Below are positions 12,645 through 27,750 of a stretch of DNA of 64,000 bases, piece by piece. Both the position numbers and the translations under genes were made by a program. The DNA comes from Octopus vulgaris (taxonomy: Eukaryota): assembly GCA_951406725.2 (NCBI GenBank), contig OX597832.1:9114001-9178000 (forward strand), given 5' to 3'. Position 1 is the first letter of the stretch. Every line of letters begins with the position of its first letter. The notes below the pieces were generated by a model. That model was not told the origin of the DNA. It saw only the letters and a list, made by a program, of their open reading frames with translations, and searched no databases.

Positions 12645-13447
12645 TCGCTAATCAAAAGTAATTACTTCCTTCACTCAGTTATACATGTTCCCCCCCCATC
12701 AAATTATTACCATCAAATTATTCTCCGTTAGAAACAATGCATCGGTCTCCGTGCGTTTTCTAGTGTTCGAAGGCGTCCTGGAACTCTTGAGAAGCAACGC
12801 TTTTTTACGCATCAGCCATTTTTGTCTTCACCTCTCCCACTTCTGCATAATAACTTCCATTATGACCTTATTTCATTCGGATCAATAAACAAAAGTCGCT
12901 GGCCTAAGATCGGGTGATTAGGGAGAGTGGGTAGCCAAAGCCATGTCGGTTTTGGTCAAAAATATTCCACACATCCATGAGCAAGCAAGGCACACGTTTT
13001 GCTGCCCCTCTTTTCATTTGTAATTCTTCATTCAAAATCCGTTGCCAGAAGCTTCAGTTCACACCTGCGATATCAACAATTCTATCAACTTTTTGGCGAT
13101 TGCTCTCTAAGTTCAGCTCATGAATTTCCGTAATGTTTTCATTCCTTTGCAAGTTCGAGAGCTGTTCGTGAACGACATTCGTCTTCAAGCGACAAGTGAT
13201 ATTCCTAAAGCGTGAAATTACCCCATAAAGTTCTGTTTAGCTCATGGCAGCGTCCTTGCAAGAAGTTTGAAACATGACAAATTTAAGACAAAGACGCAGC
13301 ATATGGTTGTACCACTACACCTGACGACGCCGATCAGGATACTGATGACTCAAGGATGCATTAAGAGGCTTGTAACGGCGTAAGACTGAACTACGACGGG
13401 CCTGTCCCGCAGATAACGTTTCCGGTTACTTCTTGTTCCCCCCTCAC
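12645..13447 (-). mobile_element. Degenerate mariner (DD34D-type) transposon
   Basis: Minus strand ~12935-12890 reads HSP*SPDL(A)PSDF, the mariner YSPDLAPSDF motif, with a frameshift; internally deleted. Confidence 0.65.
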
Positions 13448-14656
13448 AACAATTTAAGTGCATATAGATTTGAAATTCAGTGAAATGCAAGATAATAAAT
13501 GTGCATCGTTCTAATTTTTGCAGGTTACCTTAATTCTTCCATGATTCCGTACCTTAGAGCAATGTGGCTCACATGCGTTTTGTGCCAGTGAGCAAAATGT
13601 TATGGTTTGCACATCGTGCCTTTTAAATGAATATGTATTGGCATTATCACCTATTTAGGAAAATGGCGAGTCGAGTAGATAAATAGATATGTAGGTAGAG
13701 AGAGAGAATACATAAGTAGTTAGGTAGATAGGAACGTAGGTAATACGGGCAGACGCGTACACACAATTACACGTTCATACAGAGAGACAGACACACACAT
13801 ACACACACAAGGAGACGGACACACATGAACATATATATACACACTCACTCATATATACACACATTCACCATACAAAACAGACGCACGTACATAATAACAC
13901 AAACTCATATATGTAGACACAGTCAAACAGACGAACGCAAAGAAGCAGTTATACATAAATACACACATATTCATACGTCCACAGAGCACTCAGGCATGCA
14001 CACACAAATACATAAATACGCAGAATGCATACATACATACGTATATACACGCATGCATACACACATACATACATATATACATTCATATATATTTACAAAC
14101 ATTTTTTGCATGCAGGCACGCACGTATTCAGCAGAATTGAAAACAGACAAAAGGAACGAAGCTCTGATAACGGACAGAGTGAACATATTTTAACAAGGTT
14201 GCAAAATCATCGAAAAGTTTAGGAAGACATATAAACAAAAACAAAAAAAACAATAGTACAAGAGTGGAAATTGAACCGGTGAGTGTGTTAGGTTTTAAGG
14301 CCGTATGACATTCTAGACAGAATAAAATTTAATTCAATACACGAATCCACATAGAGTATCTTGCAAGTCTTCCATACCAACTCTTAGGGTTAATTCGCAA
14401 GCACCTCCAGGTATCATCTTTAGATAGAGCGAAACTGTGAATCAGTCTTTGTCAAAGTTCTAGTACAAATCAGACGATTGCATGTACGTGACAGAGAGAA
14501 GCCTACAAAAGACTTATAGCTTCATCATATTGTTGCCTATCATCAACATCTTCATCGTCGTCATCATGATGATGATCATCATTACCATTAATAATATTAT
14601 TATTATAATTACTATAATCATTATCATCATCATTATTTTCATCATTATCATCATCA

Positions 14657-14709
<53 letters not shown>

Positions 14710-14721
14710 TTTTTTATTATT

Positions 14722-15283
14722 GAATAAGAGAGCAGTGCATGCCATCAAAGTGACACTGGGCTAATATATACGAAGCCCAGTATATCCATCATGACTACCC
14801 TTCTGATAAGGTTTCACTGTGCACATGGAACGCAACCATATGTACGCGACATGGTGATCTCATATCAAGATAAACAGCACATGAACTTGCAGGTGAGGCC
14901 CAGTTAGAATTATTTTCTTCTGGTCGAGTAACCCATCCCGTTCAAAAGCTCCCTGAATAAGGGTTGTTTAAGGATGTTGAACGAAACACTCATGTTTCCA
15001 GGGGTGAATTATTCAAGCCCAATAGAATCCTTCTGAACACATAGCTATGATGATCCCCCACTACTTCTGTTCGTGATCAGAGATGGACATATCGTCAGTC
15101 ACTAAGGGACATGGTCAACTGGTTAAGGTTAAGCAACTGTCAAGCAAATCTGTGGTATTGAGCAGAATATTTGCTGTAGCCCATCTTTTTATACCAAGGC
15201 AAAACAATGTACATGATAACACTTACAATCAGTGAAGATCAGAAGCCATGAGAGCCACTGCCTGGTGCTACATCAGGACATTT
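14722..15283 (-). mobile_element. (TAA)n-embedded ~540-bp non-coding element, copy 1 (full length)
   Basis: Aligns end to end with copies at 29156, 33527 and 58879; (ATT)n on both sides. Confidence 0.9.
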
Positions 15284-15301
15284 ATTATTATTATTATTAT
15301 A

Positions 15302-15369
<68 letters not shown>

Positions 15370-15374
15370 TATTA

Positions 15375-15436
<62 letters not shown>

Positions 15437-15671
15437 GAGTGAGAGAGCAGTTCATGCCATCAAAGTGACACTGGGGTAAAATATACGAAGCCCAATATAC
15501 CCATCATGACTACCCGTCTGATAAGGGTACACCAGGCACATGCATCACAACCATATGTGCATGACATTGTGATCTTATATCAAGATAAACAGCGCATGAC
15601 CTTGCAGGTGGTGCCCAGTTAGAATTTTCTTCAGGTTGAGTAGCCCATCCCGCTCAAAAGGTCCCTGAATA
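15437..15671 (-). mobile_element. (TAA)n-embedded element, copy 2 (5'-truncated)
   Basis: Retains only the ctctctcactc(AAT)n end; stops at gtccctgaata. Confidence 0.9.
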
Positions 15672-15674
15672 TTA

Positions 15675-15786
<112 letters not shown>

Positions 15787-15914
15787 GGCAGTTAGCTAGC
15801 AGAAACGTTGACACGCCTTACAAAATGCTTAGCGTCATCAAATTGTTATCGATCATCAACATCTTCATCAGCATCATCAATATCATCACTATTAGTATCA
15901 TTTTAATATTCGTA

Positions 15915-16215
15915 TAAACACAACAAATCCTAACATCGGGCTATAACAGGTAACCTTAGATGACAAGAACCCTCCAAATTATCCTATATGTCCCTTATAA
16001 CACTGTTTTTTTGGCCGCTGCACTGGACTGGGCTTTATACCTATTTCCCGTAACTATCTGCCAAGATATTTAGGGATAGTTCCTAATGCACCTATAACTA
16101 CAGGGATATATATTGTACCCGCACTTCCCATAGTCTCTGTTATTCAGTTGCTAATTGCCATTTTTCTATACCTTTCGTATTGATTTTCTTCAACATTTGG
16201 GACTGTAAAGTGAAT
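15915..16215 (-). mobile_element. R4/Dong-type LINE 3' fragment (RLE C-terminus)
   Basis: Minus strand: QRLWEVRVQY/IPVVIGALGTIPK...QKTVL*GT.RI, the typical C-terminus of R4-clade ORFs. Confidence 0.7.
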
Positions 16216-16232
16216 TATCTGTCACTACTACA

Positions 16233-16283
<51 letters not shown>

Positions 16284-16579
16284 GCTACTACTACTTCATT
16301 CGTCGGATAAGATGCCGCATATTATTGCTTCCGTTTCATTACGTTCGGTACGAGTTAAACATTGCATCTCAGTACGAGCTAAACATTGCGTCTAATTCTT
16401 TCACGATCGGTAAAATTAAGTACTAGTCAAGAATCGTAGTCAATATAACGGGCTAACTCTATACTGTAAGATTGCCCCGCATCAAAATTTGGGGATACTA
16501 TAAGACGGCAGGCTTGCAGTATTTTTAGCGTGTCTGACAAAATAGCGAGCGGCATTTCTTCATATTCTAACCTCAAATA

Positions 16580-16798
16580 GCTATTTCTATCTCTTTACTA
16601 CCCACAAGGGGCTAAACACAGAAGGGACAAACAAGGATTACATCGACCTCAGTGCGTAACTGGTACTTATTTAATTGACCCCAAAAGGATGAAAGGCAAA
16701 GTCGACCTCGGTGGCATTTAAACTCAGAACGTAGCGGCAGCCGAAATACCTTTAGGCATTCCGGCCGGCGTGCTAACGATTCTGCCAGCTCGTCGCCT
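16580..16798 (-). mobile_element. tRNA-derived SINE (family A, Meta-domain-like)
   Basis: Head GGCGACGAGCTGGCAGAATCGTTAG, B box GAGTTTAAAT, body GCCTTTCATCCTTTTGGGGTC..TAAGTACCAG similar to the MetaSINE domain, tail GAAATAG. Older copies flank it (16300-16560, 16940-17165). Confidence 0.85.
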
Positions 16799-17923
16799 GT
16801 TGCCAATACTGCTTACTCTACTTTGCTTCACGACTGGGGTAAAAGAAATAAATATAAGGTCTATTCTGGCGTCAATGGCATCGGCTAGTTCCTCCCTTCG
16901 TTATTTCAGGCCTATAGCCAATATTTGAAATCAATATTATTAAAGGTCGACCAGCTATCAGAATCTTTAGAATCCTGAAGAAAATGCTCAGCCGCATTTC
17001 TTGTGACTACCTACGACCTCAGCTCAGATACCTCTGAGAGAGATTGTGCCACTTATCACTTCGTGGTCGATATAAGAAAGTACCTGCTTCAGCATTGATA
17101 CGTATCGAATAATAGACTTATCCCCCCCTCACCCAATTACTGGCCTCGTATAAAAATTTGTAGCAATAATATCTTTTAACGAAGTAGTTGACTTTTTGAA
17201 ACCTAGTTGTTTTGAGATGTTAATAATTTTGACTGTCAGAGTCAGTGATAAACAGCTTTAGCAAACATTTTAGGAAAATTAAAATAAATATAATAACACG
17301 GTAAAATAGTATTCTACGTCGGGGGAAAGTAATGTAAACTGTCGTGAACAATTTGTTAGTAAATACAGTCAGGAATTTCTCTAAAAATAAAACGAAAATG
17401 ATGCAAAATGAAAATATAAGTTATGAGATTCTCACCAATTAAAGTAGTAGAAATTTCAGCACAGAGACCTCCAGATAGATTATTCGACACTGTTTATATA
17501 ATCAGTTAATTTCTACTCGCATCTCAGACTCGTCCAACATTAAACGGGTTATTATCAAAAACATTCCACTTTTGAAGTATGATGTAGCTTATAATATTTA
17601 TTAAATATTACGTTGCAAGTTAACAAGAGACAAACTAAAAACTAAAGCATCATCGCGCTGAGGATATAGAGCAAAAAATAATTGCTGCTGCGTTCAGACT
17701 AGCGCATACATAAACAGTTGTAAGAATATATGTGTATGTGTGTGTGTGGCCACGTGTGTGTGTACATATATATATATATATAGAGAGAGAGAAGAATATA
17801 AATGATGTATACGTACATACAGGGTTTGTGCACTGATATATATACACTATTGCTGACAAATACACATGTAATTCTATGCATAAATATATATATATATTTC
17901 TCTCGATGCACACACACACGCGA

Positions 17924-18011
<88 letters not shown>

Positions 18012-18159
18012 GTATATCTGTGCAAATATATATAGGGATATACATGCATAAATATATATGCTTATAAGCATATATATGTGTATATATATATATGCATGTA
18101 CACACGTTTGTATGCATGCATGCATGTATGCATACTCTCTCTCTCTCATGTGCGCACAC

Positions 18160-18340
18160 ATGACCGCTGAAATCTACACGTTTTTTTCATTCTTTCTCTG
18201 TTTATTTTCCCTTATTACTTTCTGTTGAAGAGCGTAGGTTCGAAATATAAACGACATTTTCAGTTTCCCCGAGCGTCAAATCAATACACTTGCTCGTTGT
18301 TCATACACATATTTTCGTCTTTTTTTCCGTAAATTTCAGC

Positions 18341-18341
<1 letters not shown>
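18160..18341 (+). mobile_element. pLTR-like cassette with minimal hammerhead variant
   Basis: CTGTTGA-A-GAGC-GTAG-GTTC-GAAA-TA-TA at 18222-18249; homologous to 4917-5132; abuts (TA)n(TG)n. Confidence 0.6.
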
Positions 18342-18402
<61 letters not shown>

Positions 18403-18449
18403 TATGTATGTATGTATGTATGTATGTATGTATGTATGTATGTATGTAT

Positions 18450-19720
18450 AACGAGGGTTCGGTGAATAAATTGACTAATTTGCGCAAATATATAAATAAC
18501 GTTGAACATTTCATATGTACCAGAATTGCATAAACATATCTTGAAATACTGAAGGGTAAATTTATTAAATAATATTGCCATTGGTTTCAACCGCAGCTTC
18601 CAGACGACTTCCGAATCAACTGTAAATTTTCTGGACACCCACCATGTTTCTGTTGGTGAATGCTGCTGTAATCCTTGTGTTCAATTCATATTTGGTGTTA
18701 CAAGGAGATTTGTTGGTCATTCGCTCAACTGCGCTTCACATAAAATAATCAAGGAGTTTGCAGTGTGGGGAGTTAGGTGGTCATATGTTAGGGGTGACGT
18801 GGTCACAGAAATTGTCTAACAGCTAACTGGGTCCTCTTGCTTCTGTGACATGGTGCAGTGTCCTGTTGCTAGACATAGGCTCTTCCAACAACCACCCTCT
18901 TGGTCCAGGGCAATTCTGTCTTCGTCAGACACTTGATGTAGGCCTCCGTGTTGAGTGTGAGGCCGAGTGGGAAGATGAATGGAGGCATAACGTCGCCATC
19001 ACTAGTGATGATGATTGAATGTTGGGTTTTTGTCACTCTCGATAGATTTTTGGGGTGATACAGCAAGGTAATGGTTGTTCTGTGTGTTCACCAACTGATC
19101 CAGGCAAATTTTTTATCGTCTCAGAATAACCAAAGCACGTTCGGCTTGAGGGAAGCTTGGATTTGCTGAAAAGCTTCGTAGTGTGATATTTTCTTCCGTC
19201 CTTGATGGATTTGGATACAAATTGGCCCTTTCTTATCTTCTATGAGGAATACAGAATGCATATGTGCACTGATACGAAACTAAGAATCTCCAATGTCCTT
19301 GCTGATGGACCTGTTTTACATGGAGGGATCGTTATCAAGCATGGCCTGGATCTCACCAACAGATTCAGGAGGTTTTTCTTATCAGAACGATCAGAGTAAG
19401 ATTTCTGAGGTGCCGTACATTTGTAATCAGTATTAGACTCAATCAGCACTTTCCGAATTCGTTACGATGTCGTCAGTTTGACACCTAGACACTCTGAAAT
19501 GTTCGTATTGGAGCTTCCGGCGCGAATTTTAAGGACAAGAGAATGACATCTCCAAATTTCTGCCATAGTGAATTGAGTCATGGTGTTTTCTCACATACGG
19601 TGCCCAACTGACCCTAGTATACTGTGTAGTCGACGAAACCGAAAAACGGACAATGCACAGACGCAAAAGTAGGAATATAAAATGGTGACGATTTACCCAT
19701 TGCAAACTGTGTGTACGTGT
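18450..19720 (-). mobile_element. Near full-length decayed maT (DD37D-like) Tc1/mariner transposon
   Basis: Minus-strand motifs in order: LWLF*DDKKF, SDGDVMPPFIFPLGLTLNTEAYIKCL, QQDTAPCH, PPNSPHCKLLDY; degenerate inverted ends; ~1.27 kb. Confidence 0.8.
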
Positions 19721-19763
19721 ATCTATATATGTATTTAAATATATACATGTGTGCGTGTGTGTG

Positions 19764-21532
19764 ATCATCATCATCGTCATCATCATCGTCGTCGTTTATC
19801 GTCCGCTTTCCGCGCTGGCATGGGTTGGACGATTTAACTGAGGACTGGCGAAACAGATGGCTGCATCCGTCTCCAATCTGATCTAGCAGAGTTTCTACAG
19901 CTGGATGCCCTTGCTAACGCCAACTACTCCGAGAGTGTAGTGGGTGTTTTTACGTGCCACCAGCACGCGGGCCAGTCAAGCCGTGCTGGCAACGGCCATT
20001 CTCAAAAGGTGTTTTTTACGTGCCACCTGCTCAGGAGACAGTCCAGCACGGAAGCCAGCCAGCTTACGTGGAAACGCTCACGCTCAAATAGTGCTCTAGC
20101 GCTCCGCTAGCACGGATGCCAGTGATCGAATTTTATTTCGATTTCGATTTCACTTAGTTCAACAGGTCTTCAGAAGCTGAGTTTAGTGTCCAATGAAGGA
20201 AAGGTAAGTGGGCTGGTTACACCCCTGGCAAAAGCCACAGATAATTGTCTCACTTGGCTTGCTGGGTCTTCTCACGCACAGTATATTTTCAAAGGTCTCG
20301 GTCACTAATCATTGCCTCGGCGAGGCCTAATTTTCGAAGGTCGTGCTTCATCACCTCATCCCAGGTCTGCCTGAGTCTACTTCTTCCACAGGTTCCCTCA
20401 AACGCTAGGGTGTGGACTTTTTCACACAGCTATCCTCATCCATTCTCGCCACATAACCATGCCAGCGCAGTCGTCTCTCTTGCACACCACATCTGATGCT
20501 TCTTAATTCCAACTTTTCTCTCAAGGTAGTTTCACTCTGTTGTGTATGCACACTGACATTCCACATCCAGCGGAGTATACTGGCTTCATTCCTTGCGATC
20601 TTACGCATGTGCTCAGCAGTCACGGTCCATGTTTCACTGCCATGCAGCATGGCTGTTCGTACACATACATCATACAGTCTACCTTTCACTCTGAGCGACA
20701 GGCCATTTGCCACCAGCAGAGGTAAGAGCTCTCTGAACTTTGCCCAGGCTATTCTTATCCTAGCAGCTACACTTTCAGCACACCCTCCCCCGCTACTGAC
20801 TTGGTCATCTAGCTAACGGAAGCTATCAACTACTTCTAGTTTTTCTCCCTGGAATGTGGCGGAAGTGGTTCTCGGCACATTTTAAGTGTTTATTGCTGTT
20901 GAGCATCTGCCACATGCAGAAACTATCTTCCCAGTTAACCTTCATTTGATATTGCTGCATGGGTCCATAACTTACACTGGGTACATCTTATAGAGTTTCT
21001 ACCTACGCCTTTTCTGCAGATCGAGCAGGGCCATCTACCTGAAGGGTGTTTTGGTTTGTCTGCCTTCCTACTAATTAGGACTTTGGTTTTAGCTAGATTG
21101 ACTCTAAGGCCCTTTGATTCTAATCCTTGCTTCCACATCTGAAACTCCTATAGTTCTGATATTGACTCAGCAATTAGATCAAGGTCAGCAGCATAGTCTT
21201 GAATTCCTCTGTTATTGCCTGGGGGACTATGATAAATAGGGGCGGGGGCTGAGGACTGAACCTTGTTAGACCGCTACCTCTACCCGGAATTCGTCACTGT
21301 ACTCGTTGCCAACACTCGCCTTACTGACAGCGTCCTTGTAGATGGCTTGAACAACTCTCACTAAACATTCATCTATCCCTATTTTCCTCATTGACCCCCA
21401 GATAAGGGATCAGGAGACCCTGTCAAATGCTTTCTCCATGTCAACGAAAGCCAGGTTTAGCTTTGGCTAGGTATTTCTCGTGCAGCAATTTTACAAGAAA
21501 TATAGCATCTGTGAGGCTTTTCCTTGGCACTG

Positions 21533-21535
<3 letters not shown>
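19764..21535 (-). mobile_element. RTE-clade LINE, 5'-truncated, pseudogenised
   Basis: LAFVDMEKAFDRV, QGSVLSP, YAADL, WKQGLESKGLRVNLAKTKV, KGRLYDVCVRTAMLHGSETW, RLRWHGYV; 3'UTR and (GAT)n tail at 19764-19795. Confidence 0.9.
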
Positions 21536-21599
<64 letters not shown>

Positions 21600-22889
21600 A
21601 ACTTAGTTTGATTTGAAAACCCCACTAGAATTGGAGAAAGCGCTAATGGTCTAAGTGATATAATATATATATATATATAAAATGTAATATACAAATAAAT
21701 ATCTGTAAATATAAACCATCCGATTTTCTGAGTACCTCATTTCTTCTGATACATAATAACTGTACATCATCCCCAAACCTTCCAATATATGTATATATAT
21801 ATATATATATATACCTATATATATTGCTGTATTTCAAAGGGCCAGCCTTGTCAGACTCTGTGTCACGGTCAATTTCCCCGAGAACTACGTTAAGGACACA
21901 CTTATCTTTGGAGTGCTCAGTGACTTGCACGTCAATTTCACGTGCAGGTTGTTCCGTTGATCGCATTTACTGGAAACATTGTCGTCGTAACCTATGTATT
22001 GCCACGTTATAGTACATACAAACATACACACGCACACGCGCACCCACACGCACACACACACGCACATACACACACAAACACATATACAGGTGTTTATATG
22101 CTTCTATACAGAAGCATACCATCGAAATCTATCCCATGACTTTGTTATGGAAACGGGCTCTAAAGAATTTGGCTTCTGAAAATTAGAACATTTGTTTACT
22201 ACGAATAGGGAGAAGTATTTTCAGAATCGTATCTAGTAATTTTAGCCTTCGGTTTTTTAAATTCGTCTTCGTGAAGTTTTCTTCATATTCTAATTTAAAC
22301 GAGTATCTAAAGCTTGGGCCCGGAATATTATATTGTATTATTTTATTCGGAGCTTAGACATCTGCAGTGTCACATTATATTTTATATACTTTTTAGATGT
22401 TATAAATTTTCCGATAAATCCTAGAATACTGTGACTAATGGAAATACCTTTAATTTATAAATAATACCTTATTACTAGCGTGAAGTCGTTAACGAGTCAG
22501 CATTTCAGTTGACGAAATTGTTTAGGGAATGTAAAGAATAAACGCCCACATGATGAATTAGAGTTATCTGTACCGGATGTTCCATTACTTGTCAAGCCAG
22601 ATCTCTCTTGATGTATTTGATTATAATTTAATCAGAAGGCCAAAAGATATCAGACGGTAACAGCAAGCGCAGATTTAGACTTGTTCTTAATTTATCGATG
22701 CAAGAACATGGACTTTCGATGTAAGGAAATTGATTTTTCTTTTCTATGCTCTGTAAATTTTCCCATCCTATTGTCATTCAGGAAGTATTTAACAATAAAA
22801 AATCGTTCGTAAGAATATGCATTTAGATATTAAAATATTAAAATCTGCCCTTCGGATAACGATATCAGTGTTTAATATCCGTTCCATAT

Positions 22890-23320
22890 TTTGGCACAAG
22901 GCCAGCAATTACTAGGATAGGGGTAGGTTGATTGGGTTGACACAATATCCAAATGGAATATATTTTATACGCCCTCGAAAGTATAAAATGCAAAGTCGTT
23001 CTCGGCGGAATGTGACCTCATATCGTAAGCACGGACGAAATGCCGCTAAGCATTTTGCTTGCCCTGCTAGTGATTCCGTCATCTTTCCGCCTTGTCAAAC
23101 TTTAACATTAATACGCTCTGTAAGGAACGAACTTTTAAAATCGTTTGCACCATTAACGGCATTTCGTCTGCCTTTACGTTCTGAGTTCAAATGTCGCCGA
23201 GGTCGATTTTGCTTTTCATCCTTTTCCTGTTCGATAAAACGTGTACAGGTTGAGCACTGACGTCGTCGAAATCGACTTGTTTCCTTCTCAGAGCATGCTG
23301 CCTTGTACTAACGTTCGAAA
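22890..23320. mobile_element. Two divergent head-to-head family A SINE copies (22890-23092 minus, 23140-23320 plus)
   Basis: Both match family A head and body. Confidence 0.7.
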
Positions 23321-23692
23321 TATAATGATGGTAGAAAATAATGAATATGACTGTGCACCCATAAAAGCATTAAAAGCAAGGCATTGCTGAATGAGTCTTT
23401 ACATATTTATGGCTGAACTTTCTGAATTACTCATGAGAGAGAACTGCACACTCTCTCTTACTTATTTCTTTGTGCTAACAATATTTGCCTAATTGCCTTC
23501 AAGTATCAATGTATATTCTTCAAAGATAAATTTACACTGATTATTGTTAGTGCTAGATAACAACAATGAGCTTACTCTAAGATATTCCTGCCAAACTGCT
23601 CATTTATCTTTCACTTTGGTTATCATTAGCTAAAGGAAATCCGTACCAGGTATTCGCAACATGTCTCTGCTTTCATATTTATTTCTTCTGGA

Positions 23693-23905
23693 AGGTGACG
23701 ATGTATCAGAATTGTTAGAACGGAGGGCAACATGCCTCCTGGTATTTCGTCCGTCTGTACGTCTTGAGCTGAAATTCCATCGCAGTCGTCTGTAACAGTT
23801 ATCTGTTCGGGGTTGATAAAATAACTACCAGTTGACCACTGGGTTCGATAGAATCGACTTACAACCTCCCCTGAAACTGCTGGCCTTGTGCTGAAATTTG
23901 AAATC
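23693..23905 (+). mobile_element. Older family A SINE
   Basis: ggtatttcgtccgtc...ttcggggttgataaaataactaccag...gctggccttgtgctgaaatttgaaa. Confidence 0.7.
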
Positions 23906-25537
23906 GATACTACTTTATTCCCACTACCAGTCTCAGAATTCTTTTAAAAGAGTCATTGGACACTGATTTCCCCACTGATTGAAATGTGATAAAAAAAATA
24001 AAGAGTTTCGATTCGTTACTTGATTCTCTTTAACAGATGTTGTACGCAAATATATTTATAATTTTGTTGCTAAATTTAATTAATCATTGATTAGCTCTTC
24101 TGGAGCTCTTGTGCGTACGTAGTTGACATTTGATAAACTAGTACGCTGTGGCACATAATGTGTACTGAAGTGGAAGAAATGATTAATTTCTTCAACACTA
24201 TACTTCATATATGTTGCCATGGATGCTGCGCATATTTCGTATTTACTAATTGGCCATGTATGGAAAACGAAGACAATTGACATTTGAGAAATTGAGTGCA
24301 AGGTAAAAAAAAATAAAGGAAACATATAGAAAATCAGATGTGCAGTACTAAGTGACATTGTCAGTATTTTAAGAAGGAATGAATATAAATCAAATGAGGA
24401 GTTTCTATGTTATGACACTTGTTAGAATTTCTATAAATTATAATGTCAGAGGAGATTGAATTAATAGACTGAAGAACACTATAGGCGAATATGTTCGTGA
24501 ATGCTGATATATTTCAAGTAGAATAATGTGTTACCAGCAATTACCATGTAATGACAATGGATGCGAAAACGTTAAGTGTTCTAACTTATAACATTTTCAC
24601 CGATGGAAATATATTCTCTTTCGTATTTCACTAAAAATAATATTTTATATATTTGTTTCCTAGTTTTATATGCTAGGAATGCATTAACGATATCTTATTA
24701 CAACCAGCAATAATATTTGACATCGTTCTTCAATGCCTTTCCTTTCAAAAATCAACCAAGTGATAAAAATAAAGTAAGAGAAAAATAAACAATACGAAAA
24801 TTAATTATATAATTTCAGAGTTTGCTATTTCATCTTTTATAATTCTTTCATTTTAAAAGATCTGTGTAATACTGGAAGAGGAGAAAATCTGAATTTGATG
24901 TTTTCAGTTAATTTCTTTTTTTACACATTTATATGCAATCGCAGCATTCCTATAAAAGACCCAATAACTTAATCAACTAATTAGCCATAAAAATATAAAC
25001 TTTATTGAAATGAGTTCCTGGGTGAATTGTCAAATTACAGAAATATGTGACTTTACCCAGCTTTTCACATTATAACAAATACGATAATCTTTATTAATAG
25101 ACTTACTGCAAGCTGTGTACTAATATTTCCCAGAATGAATTAAAGAATGAGACATATAACTAAATACTAGGAGTAAACCAAATTTAGATAAAGTAAAAAC
25201 AGACAATACCATCAACATTTTAAAGAAATTGTTCAAAAGTACGATGTGTAGTAAATTAAATACTTCTTTCGAATAAAACGATAAAATGCATTTTAGATTA
25301 ATGGCAAAAGCCGATCATGATAAAATGAATTAACGATGCACTTTATATTATTTCCCTTTCCTGAATATACCTCACACACGAGATCCGGCTTGCATTTGAT
25401 TCGAAAGATCAACGAAGAGATTAGTTTAAAAACAAAAAAAGGGAAGAATTGTGCCCCATTCTTGATAATGTTGGCCAATATTTTTCGCATCACACGAACA
25501 CACACACACACACGAACACACACACACACACACACAC

Positions 25538-25593
<56 letters not shown>

Positions 25594-26762
25594 CTCGGAT
25601 ACTTTATATATAGATATAGATATGTTTGTGTGCGTGTCTCAGTATGATTATGGAAATTGTGACATAAATACGCACGTATGCTAATATAGAGCAATTGAAT
25701 TATTTTGACATAAAATTATATTAATATATTTTTAATAAAATGAATACAGAATGAAAGAAATACAGAGGCGGACTTCGAAGAACAGTTAACTGTTTACCGT
25801 ATTTTTCTGCAAAATTTCATACTTAGAATCAACAAACCAGATCACATGAAGAATTGTGGATATCATTGAGGTGATGTGATGCTCAGATACATAAGAGATT
25901 TGCGCGAGAGTTGTGAGAGAGATGGAGAGAATTCCCACTATGTGATTTATTAATATATTTCACTAGACTCATGGTAGGTAACCTTTTACATGCCAGTTTC
26001 AAAAGATTCAATCAAATTGTAAACTACCACAGAACTTGCATCGATTCAAATCTTGAGGTATAAGAAGCTTCACCTCTGCACTACCAACTCCAAGGAAACC
26101 AACGGCAATATACCAAATACTGACTAGCGACTTGAAGAAAACAACGCTGACGGTACTGTAACAATGAACTCTGCCTTATCGCCTACATTCATTTCTGTTT
26201 ATAGTACAAGAAACAGGCATTGGCTCTGGCGCCATTATTACAAATCGACCAACATCAACTACAGATAATGAACCGGAACTTAACTCTACCAGCCGCGCAA
26301 CTCCGTACACCGCCAAAAGAACTATTCTTCTTTTGTCTGTAAAAAATATAAAACCATAATCGTGAAAGAATATCTATGGAAACCAAGTGGTTAGTGAGAA
26401 GAGATAAATTTGTCAAATTTCCGGAACATCAAAGACAAAATGTTCTGATTATTGAAAGCAATAAAGTGTATTGTGTGTTTTTCAGAATCATTTCGTCGAA
26501 CGCGTAAAATGAGTCACATGACATTAGAAGGCTTAACAATATGATAGTAATTCTTTTACCCTCTTTTATTTTTTTACTTGTTTCAGTCATTTCACTGTGG
26601 CCATGCTGAAGCAACAACTTTAGTCTAGAGAATCGATCCCAGGACTTCTTTGTATCGATATCTTTTGCAGAACTGCTAAGTTACGCGAACGTAAACACAC
26701 CACCATCGGTTGTCAAGCGATGTTGGGGGGATAAAGACAGACACACAAACATATACACACAC

Positions 26763-26858
<96 letters not shown>

Positions 26859-26859
26859 G

Positions 26860-27750
<891 letters not shown>

